DNA of 64,000 nt from positions 21,515-85,514 of the forward strand of contig PGYQ01000002.1 of NCBI GenBank assembly GCA_002839745.1. The letters are read 5' to 3'. Positions 9,332 through 19,269 of this stretch are shown piece after piece. Positions within the stretch are counted from its first letter, which is position 1, and each line of letters starts with the position of its first letter. Origin of the DNA: Candidatus Kuenenbacteria bacterium HGW-Kuenenbacteria-1 (GTDB taxonomy: Bacteria > Patescibacteriota > Patescibacteriia > UBA2591 > PGYQ01). The notes beneath the pieces are model-generated. The model made no database searches, was not told where the DNA came from, and was given only the letters and a program-made list of their open reading frames with translations. The position numbers were made by a program, and so were the translations under genes.

Positions 9332-12001
9332 ATGTTATACGACGAATTTAACTCATATAAAAACTTTGCCGGCGCTGATGTTTTCAAAAACAAAGCGACT
9401 GAAAAAACGGATATTTTGAAAAATCTCAATCCGGCTTTTCCAGCGCGCGAATATCAAAAAGAAGCGTTGGGGCGATTTTATTATTATTGCGAAGAATATC
9501 ATCAAAAACTCAAACCAATTCACTTGATGTTTAATATGGCGACCGGCTCGGGCAAGACGCTCATAATGGCCGCTAATCTTTTGTATTTTTATCAAAAAGG
9601 TTATCGCAATTTTATTTTCTTTACTCGTCTTGGCAATATTATTCAAAAAACTAAAGCCAATTTTCTTGATCCAAATTCAAAAAAATATCTGTTTGCCGAC
9701 AAAATTATGCTAGGCGGACAGGAAATAAAAATCAAAGAATATAATAATTTTGAAGGAGTAAATGATGACGATATAAACATTATTTTTTCTACAACCGCTC
9801 TTTTGCATTCTCGCTTTAATTTCGCTCGCGAAAATGTTTTAACTTATGAAGATTTTACAGATAAAAAAATTGTTTTGATTGCGGATGAAGCGCACAACCT
9901 ATCTGCGGAAACAAATAATAAAATAAGTAAAACCGAAGAAGAAGACCGTCGAAACTGGGAGAATACAGTAGTGCGGATTTTGAACGCCAACAGCCAAAAA
10001 GAAAATGTCCTTTTGGAATTTACAGCAACGGCTCGTTTAGAACAGGAATATCCGGAAATTTTAGAAAAATATAAAGATAAAGCGATTTATCGTTATGATC
10101 TGAAAGAATATCGCTTGGACGGATTTTCAAAAGATGTACGAACTTTGCAAATCAACGCGCCAACTATTGAACGCGCTCTCTCGGCAGTGATAATTTCTCA
10201 ATATCGCCGAAAAGTAGCAGAAAAGTATAAAATCGCTTTGAAACCAGTGGTAATGTTTAAAGCAAATAGAGTCAGTATTCCAAAAGAAGGAATATCAAAA
10301 GAACACAATCCACAGATTGTCGTTTCAAACATTTTTAAAGAATCTTTTCATAAACTTATTTCTAAACTCGGCGAAAAACACCTAACACAACAAACAGCAA
10401 TTAAAGATGCGACATTACAAAAAGCATTTCAATTTTTCAATGAGCAAAAAATTTCTTTGGCAGATTTAGTGGCAGAAATTAAAAGCGATTTTGCGCCGGA
10501 AAAATGTTTGACAGTTGATGAATATAAAGATTTAGAGCAAAAACAAATTTTACTTAATTCGTTGGAAGATCAAAACAATGAAATCCGCGCTATTTTCGCA
10601 ACAGAAAAATTGAATGAGGGCTGGGATGTTTTAAATCTTTTTGATATTGTCAGGCTCTATAATAGCCGTGACGTCAAAAACAATAAACCGGGTAAAACAA
10701 CTGTGCAAGAGGCGCAACTTATCGGGCGAGGTGCAAGATATTATCCATTCACACTCGGCGACTTTACAGACGCATACAGGCGAAAATTTGATACCGACAC
10801 ACAAAACGAACTTCGGATTTTGGAACAGCTTTATTATCACAGCGTAACGAATCCCCGTTATATTCAAGAATTGGAAAGTGTTCTGGTTCGTGAAGGTATT
10901 ATGCCGTCACGCACAGTGCAAAAAGAGATTAAGATCAAAAGTGATTTTAAAAACAGCGATTTTTGGAATAAAGGTTTTATTTTCTTAAATGCTCGCAAAG
11001 AAAATTTAGGCAAGAATGTTTTCGCACTCTCGGACGCTAAAGCAGAATTTGACCACAACGCTGAAATAAACATCTTTCAACTATCAACGCGAGAAGCGAT
11101 AGAAAAAGATTTATTTGTTGCGGGTGCTGGCGCCGGAGTAAATGCAAAAATAGAAATTCTGGATTATAAAATCGCTGATTTGGGAACACATATTGTCCGC
11201 ACCGCTTTGGCGAAAATACCAGCCGGACGATTTGATAAATTAAAAAAAATATTTGGCAATATAGAATCCATAAAAGATTTTATTTTAAATGAAAAATATC
11301 TTGGAGGAATAAAAATTAAAGTGAGAGGTAAGAGCGAGCAAGTAGAAGATCTTTTGCAGATTGAAAAATTAAGTATTGCCGGATTTGTGATAGATAAAGT
11401 GTTAGAAATCGCCGGCAAAGAAAAAAAGGAATACTACGGAACAAAGGAATTTAAAGCTCATTTGATCCAAAAAATATTTGAAAATGACAAGGTATTGCAA
11501 TTGGATAGCGAAAGTTCACGAGCGCAAAATATGCGAGATTTTGATTTTTCTTCTCGGGATTGGTTTGCTCAAAACGAAATCTGGGGAACAAGCGAGGAAG
11601 AATCATTTTTGCGTTTTATTGATGAGTCAATAACAAAGTTAAAGAAAAAATATCAAGACATTGCATTACTTCGCAATGAACAATTTTTCAAAATTTATAA
11701 TTTTGATAATGGAGAGCCATTTTATCCAGATTTCGTTTTGTTTTTAACTGAAAAGGAAACAAAACAAGAAATTATATATCAAATTTTTGTTGAGCCAAAA
11801 GGAGATCATCTTGTATTATATGACGAATGGAAACAGGAATTTTTACTTAAGATAGAAAAAAATTACACTATTGATTTAAAACTAGAAAATAAAAATTTTC
11901 GCTTGATCGGATTGCCATTTTTTAATGAGGGTCAAGTAAATAGTGCTTTGCGTGAAAAATTTGAAGAAGTTTTTAAAAAACAATTTTTAGATATAAGCTA
12001 A
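9332..12001 (+). CDS. res: type III R-M restriction subunit (Res)
   Basis: MATGSGKT, DEAH, EFTAT, EGWD, QLIGRGAR; C-terminal PDF...FVEPKG nuclease. Confidence 0.93.
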   Translation: MLYDEFNSYKNFAGADVFKNKATEKTDILKNLNPAFPAREYQKEALGRFYYYCEEYHQKLKPIHLMFNMATGSGKTLIMAANLLYFYQKGYRNFIFFTRLGNIIQKTKANFLDPNSKKYLFADKIMLGGQEIKIKEYNNFEGVNDDDINIIFSTTALLHSRFNFARENVLTYEDFTDKKIVLIADEAHNLSAETNNKISKTEEEDRRNWENTVVRILNANSQKENVLLEFTATARLEQEYPEILEKYKDKAIYRYDLKEYRLDGFSKDVRTLQINAPTIERALSAVIISQYRRKVAEKYKIALKPVVMFKANRVSIPKEGISKEHNPQIVVSNIFKESFHKLISKLGEKHLTQQTAIKDATLQKAFQFFNEQKISLADLVAEIKSDFAPEKCLTVDEYKDLEQKQILLNSLEDQNNEIRAIFATEKLNEGWDVLNLFDIVRLYNSRDVKNNKPGKTTVQEAQLIGRGARYYPFTLGDFTDAYRRKFDTDTQNELRILEQLYYHSVTNPRYIQELESVLVREGIMPSRTVQKEIKIKSDFKNSDFWNKGFIFLNARKENLGKNVFALSDAKAEFDHNAEINIFQLSTREAIEKDLFVAGAGAGVNAKIEILDYKIADLGTHIVRTALAKIPAGRFDKLKKIFGNIESIKDFILNEKYLGGIKIKVRGKSEQVEDLLQIEKLSIAGFVIDKVLEIAGKEKKEYYGTKEFKAHLIQKIFENDKVLQLDSESSRAQNMRDFDFSSRDWFAQNEIWGTSEEESFLRFIDESITKLKKKYQDIALLRNEQFFKIYNFDNGEPFYPDFVLFLTEKETKQEIIYQIFVEPKGDHLVLYDEWKQEFLLKIEKNYTIDLKLENKNFRLIGLPFFNEGQVNSALREKFEEVFKKQFLDIS

Positions 12002-12125
12002 TTTTTTGTGTAATACATTATCGCTATACTATAAACCTAAAAAATAATATTTTATTTTACTAATTTTATATTTTCATTATAGATTTGTTGCCGAATGCCA
12101 TATTTATTCAATATTTTATAAAACT

Positions 12126-15100
12126 ATGTATCAATTTTACAGTTTAGTTGATGATAAACAAGAAAATTGTTATTACATTGACACAAATTCATCTTTGAAT
12201 AAAAAAGAAATTAAAATTTTGACCAAAATTTTGGCTAATGGTTTTATTGAAAAAAATATTAGTTTAGTTTCAAAATTAAATGATGAAAAAGTAATTGAAA
12301 TTGGACCTAGACTTAATTTTGCTACTGCTTTTTCTAGTAATGCTGTATCAGTTTGTCATAATTGCGGATTAAAAATAATTATACGAATTGAAAAAGCAAA
12401 AAGATATGATTTAAATAAAAATGATGATAGAAATAATTTCATTAAAACAAATCATGATAAAATGACTGAAATTGTTTATGAAAAAAAGTTAGAAAATTTT
12501 AAAACAAATTTAATTCCAAAACCAGTCTATGAAGTAAAAATTTTAGAACAAGGAATTGATGCTTTGAAAAAAATAAATAAAGAAATGGGCTTGGGAATGG
12601 ATGATTGGGACGAACAATTTTATTTCAATCTTTTTATTAATGACATAAAAAGAAATCCTACCAATGTTGAATGTTTTCAATTAGGTCAAGCTAATAGTGA
12701 ACATTCTAGACATTGGTTTTTTAAAGGCAGAATGATAATAGATGGAAAAGAAAAAGAAGAAACTTTGTTAGAAATAGTTCAATCAACTTTAAAAGCTAAT
12801 ATTGCAAATAGTTTAATTGCTTTTACTGATAATTCAAGCGCTATAAAAGGTTATGCTATTGAAACAATTATTCCAAAAACACCTGGAAAAGTTTCGTATT
12901 TTATAAAAACAAAGAAAAAATATAATTTTATTTTTACAGCTGAAACACATAATTTTCCAACAGGAATTGCTCCTTTTTCTGGTGCTGAAACAGGATCAGG
13001 AGGACGAATTAGAGATGTTCAAGCAACAGGAAAAGGATCTTTAGTTGTGGCAGGAACTGCTGGTTATGCAATTGGTAATCTTAATATTCCTAAATATAAT
13101 TTAGTTAATGAAAATAAAAATTTTAAATATCCAGATAATTTAGCAAGTGCTTTAAAAATTCAAATAGATGCTTCAAATGGAGTTTCTGATTATGGAAATA
13201 AATTTGGTGAACCATTAATTCAAGGATTTAATCGTTCTTTTGGTCAAATACTTCCTGATAAAACACGACAAGAATGGATAAAACCAATATTATTTTCTGG
13301 CGGTGTTGGACAAATTGATAATATTCATATTAAAAAATATAAAGTAGAAATTAAAATGTGTATAATTCAAATCGGCGGTCCAGCTTATCGTATTGGAATG
13401 GGTGGTGGAGCAGCTTCAAGTATGATTCAAGGTGAAAATAAAACAGAATTAGATTTTAATGCTGTTCAACGTGGTGATGCTGAAATTGAACAAAAAATAA
13501 ATCGAGTTATTCGCGCTTGTGTAGAAATGGGAAATAATAATCCAATTATTAGTATTCATGATCAAGGAGCTGGAGGACCTTGTAATGTTTTAACAGAATT
13601 AGTAGAACCAATCGGTGGCAAAATAGAAATTAGAAAAATTAATTTAGGTGATAAAACAATGTCAGTTTTAGAAATTTGGGGATGTGAATATCAAGAAAGA
13701 CAAGCTTTATTAATTAAACCAAATAAATTAAAATTATTTTTAAATATTTGTAAAAGAGAACATAGTGATTGTGAAATATTAGGAACAATTACTGGCGATG
13801 GAAAAATTATTGTTTATGATAATGAAAATAAATCAACACCAGTTAATTTAGAACTTTCTAAAATTCTTGGCAAAATGCCTAAAAAAATATTTAAAGACAC
13901 AAGTTTAAAAATGAAATTAACTCCATTAATATTTCCAAATAATTTATCTTTTGAAAAAGCTTTAGAAAATGTTTTACATTTGCCATCAGTTTGTTCAAAA
14001 AGATTTTTAACAACAAAAGTAGATCGCAGTGTAACAGGTTTAATTGCTCGTCAACAATGTGTTGGTCCTTTGCAACTTCCATTATCTGATGTTGCAGTAA
14101 TCGCACAAAGTCATTTTAATAAAACTGGCGCAGCTATTTCAATTGGGGAACAACCAATAAAAATTTTAGTTAACCCAGAAGCAGGCGCGCGGATGTCAGT
14201 TGGCGAAGCATTAACAAATATTGTTTGGGCAAAAATAAGTAAATTAGAAAATATTAAATGTTCTGGAAATTGGATGTGGCCAGCAAAATTACCAGGTGAA
14301 GCTTCAAGAATTTATCAATCAGCTTCAGCAATGCGTGATTTAATGATTAAATTAGGAATTGCAATTGATGGAGGAAAAGATAGTTTATCAATGGCAACAA
14401 AAATGAAAAATGAAATTATTAAATCACCAGAAGAATTAGTTATTTCAGCATATTCTTCAATGCCAGATATTAATAAAGTAATTACGCCAGATATTAAATA
14501 TGCTGGAGAAAGTGAGCTTTGGATTATTGATTTAGGAAAATCAAAATGTCGTTTAGGAGGATCAGCTTTAGCTCAAACTGTTAAACAAATTGGAAATCAA
14601 TCGCCAGATGTTGATGATGCAGAAATATTAAAACAATCTTTTTTAGCAATACAAGAATTAATTGAAAAAGATTTAATTATTTCAGGACACGATCGTTCAG
14701 ACGGCGGTTTAATAACAACATTACTTGAAATGGCTTTTGCTGGAAATTGTGGTTTAAAAATTAAAACAGAAAATAATGCTGATAAATTTGCTTATTATTT
14801 TAATGAAGAATTAGGTTATATAATTGAAGTAAAAAATAATCTAAAAAAAGAATTTTTAAAAATTATAAATAAATATAACTTAAATAATTTAACAGAATCT
14901 ATTGCAAAAACTATTATTGAAAAAGAAATTATTATTAACCATAATAATGAATTAATTTTAAAAAATTCAATGCAAAAATTAAGAGATATTTGGGAAGAAA
15001 CAAGTCATCAAATTAATTTACTTCAAACTGATCCAAAATGCGCTCAAGAAGAAAAAAATAATATTTTTAATCAACAAGTATTAGAATATAAAATTTCTTT

Positions 15101-15938
15101 TAAACCACAATTAACAACACAAAAAATATTAAACAGTATTAATAAACCTAAAATTGCAATTATTCGCGAAGAAGGAAGCAATGGAGATCGTGAAATGGCT
15201 AGTGCATTTTATTCTGCTGGTTTTGAAGTTTGGGATGTTACAATGTCTGATTTGCACACAGAAAAAATTAAATTAGATAAATTTAGAGGAATTGCTTTTG
15301 TTGGTGGATTTTCTTACGCAGATGTTTTTGCTTCAGCAAAAGGCTGGGCAAGTAATATAAAATTTAATCCAAAAATAAGTGAAATGTTTTCTAATTTTTA
15401 TAATCGTCCAGATACTTTTTCTTTAGGAGTTTGTAATGGTTGTCAATTAATGACTTCAATTGGCTGGGTTCCATTTAAAAATATTAAAGTTGAAAATCAG
15501 CCAATGCTTATTAAAAATAAATCAAAACGATTTGAATCACGTTGGAGTAATATAAAAATAAAAAAAAGTCCTTCAATAATGTTGAAAGGAATGGAAAATT
15601 CAATTCTCGGTGTTTGGGTCGCACATGGCGAAGGATGTTTTAATTTTCCAGATAAATTAATTTATCAAGAAATTATAAATAAAAATTTAGCGCCAATATT
15701 TTTTGTTGACGATAAAGGCGAAGCAACAGAAAAATATCCATTCAATCCAAACGGTTCTATCAATGGCATTACTTCTCTTTGTTCTGAAAATGGTCGTCAT
15801 TTAGCAATGATGCCTCATCCAGAAAGAGCATTTTTAAAATCACAATGGCCATGGATGTCAGAGAAAATGAAAAAAGAATTAAAAGCTTCGCCTTGGTTAA
15901 AAATGTTTCAAAATGCATATGAGTGGTGTAAAAAATAA
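12126..15938 (+). CDS. purL: phosphoribosylformylglycinamidine synthase, large single-chain form
   Basis: QANSEHSRH, ETHNFPT, HDQGAGG, DGGKDSLSM; glutaminase GVCNGCQ and MMPHPER. Confidence 0.97.
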   Translation: MYQFYSLVDDKQENCYYIDTNSSLNKKEIKILTKILANGFIEKNISLVSKLNDEKVIEIGPRLNFATAFSSNAVSVCHNCGLKIIIRIEKAKRYDLNKNDDRNNFIKTNHDKMTEIVYEKKLENFKTNLIPKPVYEVKILEQGIDALKKINKEMGLGMDDWDEQFYFNLFINDIKRNPTNVECFQLGQANSEHSRHWFFKGRMIIDGKEKEETLLEIVQSTLKANIANSLIAFTDNSSAIKGYAIETIIPKTPGKVSYFIKTKKKYNFIFTAETHNFPTGIAPFSGAETGSGGRIRDVQATGKGSLVVAGTAGYAIGNLNIPKYNLVNENKNFKYPDNLASALKIQIDASNGVSDYGNKFGEPLIQGFNRSFGQILPDKTRQEWIKPILFSGGVGQIDNIHIKKYKVEIKMCIIQIGGPAYRIGMGGGAASSMIQGENKTELDFNAVQRGDAEIEQKINRVIRACVEMGNNNPIISIHDQGAGGPCNVLTELVEPIGGKIEIRKINLGDKTMSVLEIWGCEYQERQALLIKPNKLKLFLNICKREHSDCEILGTITGDGKIIVYDNENKSTPVNLELSKILGKMPKKIFKDTSLKMKLTPLIFPNNLSFEKALENVLHLPSVCSKRFLTTKVDRSVTGLIARQQCVGPLQLPLSDVAVIAQSHFNKTGAAISIGEQPIKILVNPEAGARMSVGEALTNIVWAKISKLENIKCSGNWMWPAKLPGEASRIYQSASAMRDLMIKLGIAIDGGKDSLSMATKMKNEIIKSPEELVISAYSSMPDINKVITPDIKYAGESELWIIDLGKSKCRLGGSALAQTVKQIGNQSPDVDDAEILKQSFLAIQELIEKDLIISGHDRSDGGLITTLLEMAFAGNCGLKIKTENNADKFAYYFNEELGYIIEVKNNLKKEFLKIINKYNLNNLTESIAKTIIEKEIIINHNNELILKNSMQKLRDIWEETSHQINLLQTDPKCAQEEKNNIFNQQVLEYKISFKPQLTTQKILNSINKPKIAIIREEGSNGDREMASAFYSAGFEVWDVTMSDLHTEKIKLDKFRGIAFVGGFSYADVFASAKGWASNIKFNPKISEMFSNFYNRPDTFSLGVCNGCQLMTSIGWVPFKNIKVENQPMLIKNKSKRFESRWSNIKIKKSPSIMLKGMENSILGVWVAHGEGCFNFPDKLIYQEIINKNLAPIFFVDDKGEATEKYPFNPNGSINGITSLCSENGRHLAMMPHPERAFLKSQWPWMSEKMKKELKASPWLKMFQNAYEWCKK

Positions 15939-15999
15939 TTAATTAAGTAAAAATATGCCAAATTTTTCTTTTCTTATTTTTCTTATTTTTTTCTTTCCT

Positions 16000-16018
16000 T
16001 CCACTGTGTTAACACAAT
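16000..16018. repeat. dispersed 19-bp motif TCCACTGTGTTAACACAAT (copy 1)
   Basis: identical to 37683-37701; contains the 12-bp palindrome TGTGTTAACACA. Confidence 0.8.
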
Positions 16019-16041
16019 GAAATTTAATAAACATTTTTCTC

Positions 16042-16653
16042 CTAATTTTTATTTTTACCATTAATTACAATCAAGGCATGGAAATCTTGATATAAACAAA
16101 AATCTTTTTTTAAATTTTCCTCAAATAATTTTTGTAAAAATTGATAATCTATTTTATCTGACAAATTACGTTTTTTAACCAATCTTTTTGTATACTCATC
16201 AATAACAAAAATTGGTTTATCTAAAGCATAAAGCAAAATACTATCTGCTGTCTCTGGCCCTATGCCTTTTACTTTTAATAATTTTTCTCTTAATTCTTTT
16301 AAGTCATATTTTTCTAATTTTTCCAAATTTCCATAATTCTCAATTATAAATTTAGATAAATTAAAAAGATATTGCGCTTTTATTTCATAAAATCCAACTG
16401 ATTTAATTAAATACGCTATTTTTTTTGAGCCTAAACAATAAATATCTTTTAAAGAAATAATTTTTTTATTCTTTAAATTTTCTAAAGCTAATTCTACATT
16501 TTTCCAACTTGTTCTTTGAGTTAAAATTGCGCTTATCATTACTTTTTCTTTCTCTTGTTCAGTTTTTGGTCTTTTTAACCAAAGATTCCATTGCTCATTG
16601 GGTGCTTTATATTTTTTTCTTAATTCTTGATATAATTTTTCAAAAATATTCAT
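16042..16653 (-). CDS. HhH-GPD endonuclease III-related DNA glycosylase
   Basis: AILTQRTSWKNV, LLKVKGIGPETADSILLYA, FVIDEYT, FHALIV. Confidence 0.88.
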   Translation of the reverse strand: MNIFEKLYQELRKKYKAPNEQWNLWLKRPKTEQEKEKVMISAILTQRTSWKNVELALENLKNKKIISLKDIYCLGSKKIAYLIKSVGFYEIKAQYLFNLSKFIIENYGNLEKLEKYDLKELREKLLKVKGIGPETADSILLYALDKPIFVIDEYTKRLVKKRNLSDKIDYQFLQKLFEENLKKDFCLYQDFHALIVINGKNKN

Positions 16654-16682
16654 TTCTTTTATTTAAAAAAATTTTATTTTTC

Positions 16683-16758
16683 TGGAGCCGTCCATCGGAT
16701 TCGAACCGATGACCTACAGTTTACAAAACTGTTGCTCTACCAGCTGAGCTAGGACGGC
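16683..16758 (-). tRNA. tRNA-Thr(TGT)
   Basis: GCCGTCCTAGCTCAGCTGGTAGAGCAACAGTTTTGTAAACTGTAGG...GGTTCGAATCC...CCA, full cloverleaf. Confidence 0.97.
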
Positions 16759-16769
16759 ACAAAAATAAA

Positions 16770-16807
16770 ATTTCTAATTTCTAATTTCTAATTTCTAATT
16801 TCTAATT
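16770..16807. repeat. heptamer tandem repeat (ATTTCTA)x5
   Basis: atttcta repeated directly; abuts the truncated tRNA. Confidence 0.9.
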
Positions 16808-16852
16808 CCTACTCCTTACCATGGAGTTGCTCTACCACTGAGCTACGTCGGC
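16808..16852 (-). pseudogene. truncated tRNA-Thr(GGT): 5' part only
   Basis: GCCGACGTAGCTCAGTGGTAGAGCAACTCCATGGTAAGGAGTAGG, then heptamer repeat; T-arm and 3' acceptor strand absent. Confidence 0.85.
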
Positions 16853-16976
16853 AAAAAAGTTTAAAGTTCAAAGTATAAAGTTAAAAATTCAAAATTAATT
16901 TATAACTCAAAATTCAAAACTTGTGTAAAGCTTGCTACGCTGTGGCGAAGTAAAGCCGAACCATTTAAAATTTCTT

Positions 16977-17771
16977 TTACATTTTTTTAATTCTTTCTTC
17001 AAATTCTTTTATTTTTTGATTTTCTGGATTAACTTCTTTTAATTTTTTTAAAACTTTTTCTGCTAAGAATTGATTTTTTATAATTATATATTCTTCAATT
17101 AATAAATCAAGGTTTCTAGGATTATTAGGTGTTAAAAGTAATGCTTTCTTAAAATTATTTATTGCACTTTCATGTTCTCCTAATGTTTTATGAATAATCC
17201 CTAATTGAGCAGAAACCGTTTCATTGTTAATGTCTAATTTTTGGATAAAATACAAAATTTCTTTTGTATGATCATAATCATTTTGCTGAAAATAAATTTC
17301 AGCTAATTGCTTATATGCTTCAATATTTTTAGAATCAAAACTAATGATTTCAATAAAAAAACTTTCTGCTTTTTTAAACTCTTTCTTTTCTATTAATTCC
17401 TTTCCTTGAATAAATAAATTTTTAATTTTATCTTGAACTAATTCTGGTTCTTTTTTTATTAAATGTTTATATTTTAAAATATATTTTTGTTCTAAAATTA
17501 AAAATTTCTCTCTAAGTTTAGAAAAAAACTTTTTTATTTTTTCATTAAATGGTTTTAAAAAACGTAAAAAATGTAAAATTTTTTTATATTTTTCTTCTAA
17601 TTTTCTTTCTAATCTATTTTTAATAATTTCTTTTTTTGTTTCTACTTGCTGTTCTTTAGGTAAATTTTCTATTTCAATTAAAGAAAGTCTGGGAAATTTT
17701 GGAATTATAATTTTTAAAATAATCCCAAAACTAATTAAAATTATAAAAATAAAAAGAATATTTATAAACAT
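16977..17771 (-). CDS. membrane-anchored TPR protein
   Basis: N-terminal TM helix; TPR-like repeats (AYKQLAEIYF, AINNFKKALLLTPNN). Confidence 0.75.
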   Translation of the reverse strand: MFINILFIFIILISFGIILKIIIPKFPRLSLIEIENLPKEQQVETKKEIIKNRLERKLEEKYKKILHFLRFLKPFNEKIKKFFSKLREKFLILEQKYILKYKHLIKKEPELVQDKIKNLFIQGKELIEKKEFKKAESFFIEIISFDSKNIEAYKQLAEIYFQQNDYDHTKEILYFIQKLDINNETVSAQLGIIHKTLGEHESAINNFKKALLLTPNNPRNLDLLIEEYIIIKNQFLAEKVLKKLKEVNPENQKIKEFEERIKKM

Positions 17772-17809
17772 AAAATTAAAATAAAATTTATAGAAAATTA
17801 TCCATTAAT

Positions 17810-18565
17810 TTATTCGATCATCTTTACAACTTCATCTATTTTTAAACTCGCTCCACCAACTAATACCCCATCTATTGTTGACTGATCTATAAATGATTTA
17901 ATATTAGTAGAATCGACGCTACCACCATAAATGATTTGAAAATTATTTTGTACTAAATTTAAAGAATATAAATTAATAATAGCATACTTAATTTTTTTAA
18001 TAGAATCTTCCGCTTCTTGTGAATTAATTGAATGTCCAGTCCCAATAGCCCAAATGGGCTCATAAGCAATAATAATTTTTTGATTTTTTTTAACACTTAC
18101 ACCTTCTAATGCTTTGTTTATTTGATTAAAAATAATAAAATCTCTTTTATTATTTTGTTTTTGTTTTAAGCTTTCACCTATACAAATAATTGGAATTAAG
18201 TTTTTTTTCAAAGTGGCTTTTACTTTTTTATTTACCATTTCGTCTGTTTCTTTTAAATATTGACGACGCTCAGAATGTCCAATAATTACATACTGACATC
18301 CTATTTCTTTCAACATAGTTACTGAAATTTCACCTGTAAAAGCTCCTTTTTCTTCCCAAAAAACATCTTGCGCCCCTAGTTTGGCTTGTGGTTTGTAACT
18401 TGTAACTTGTAGGAGTTTTGATAATGGTTCTAAATAAATAAATGGTGGACAAATTATTATTTCAGTATTTTTACTTTTTATTTTTTTTTCCATTAAATTA
18501 AAAAGCTGTTTAGCTTCTTGTAGAGTTACGGGATTCATTTTCCAATTGGCAATAAAAATAGACAT
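17810..18565 (-). CDS. tpiA: triosephosphate isomerase
   Basis: ANWKMN, GAFTGEIS, GHSERR, AYEPIWAIGTG, YGGSV, LVGGASL. Confidence 0.97.
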   Translation of the reverse strand: MSIFIANWKMNPVTLQEAKQLFNLMEKKIKSKNTEIIICPPFIYLEPLSKLLQVTSYKPQAKLGAQDVFWEEKGAFTGEISVTMLKEIGCQYVIIGHSERRQYLKETDEMVNKKVKATLKKNLIPIICIGESLKQKQNNKRDFIIFNQINKALEGVSVKKNQKIIIAYEPIWAIGTGHSINSQEAEDSIKKIKYAIINLYSLNLVQNNFQIIYGGSVDSTNIKSFIDQSTIDGVLVGGASLKIDEVVKMIE

Positions 18566-18631
18566 AAAATAAACAAAATACAAAACTAGCTCTAAAAATT
18601 AATTTTAGACACTATTGTTTTTCTAATAAAT

Positions 18632-19219
18632 TTATTGCTTAATTTCACGCGGTTTATAGATTAAGGATATAATTATCCCAACAATTACACGTTCAATTAA
18701 TAAATTAACAATCCAATACATTATAACAATTTCCGCAATATTTATAAACATATAGGTAGTAAATAATCCTGGCAATATTCCCACCAACCAGATTAAAAAT
18801 CCATACCAAATCCCCTTCTCTATTTTTTCTCCAGGAATACCATGATAAAGTAAGGCAAAACCCCAAGTAAATAAAAAATTCAAAATAAAAATTCCTACAT
18901 AATATATACTCATAAATATTGGATCTTGAAAATTAACATTTCTCCAAGTTTGTGTTGGCTCTAATAAATATACCCAATTAAATAACCATCCGCAAGTTAA
19001 CATTCCCCAAGCACTACTAACAATGGCGACTACTAATCCAGCCAATAAAACTTTTCTCAAACTAATTTTTTTATCTTTTTCTATTAAGCTCCATTTTTTT
19101 AGTTTTGGCTCTTCAATCATTGCTATTTCTTTTGGTTGCTCAAGTATTGCTATTTTTTCTGGCTCTTCAATTATTGGAATCTCTGATTGAATTCCATTAA
19201 TTTTTGTTTCTTCTGTCAT
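18632..19219 (-). CDS. integral membrane protein (about 4 TM), unknown function
   Basis: acidic N-terminus followed by four hydrophobic segments. Confidence 0.6.
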   Translation of the reverse strand: MTEETKINGIQSEIPIIEEPEKIAILEQPKEIAMIEEPKLKKWSLIEKDKKISLRKVLLAGLVVAIVSSAWGMLTCGWLFNWVYLLEPTQTWRNVNFQDPIFMSIYYVGIFILNFLFTWGFALLYHGIPGEKIEKGIWYGFLIWLVGILPGLFTTYMFINIAEIVIMYWIVNLLIERVIVGIIISLIYKPREIKQ

Positions 19220-19269
19220 AATTTATCCTTTCATTAAAACAGCGTTTAATATTGCTGTTTTATTATAAA

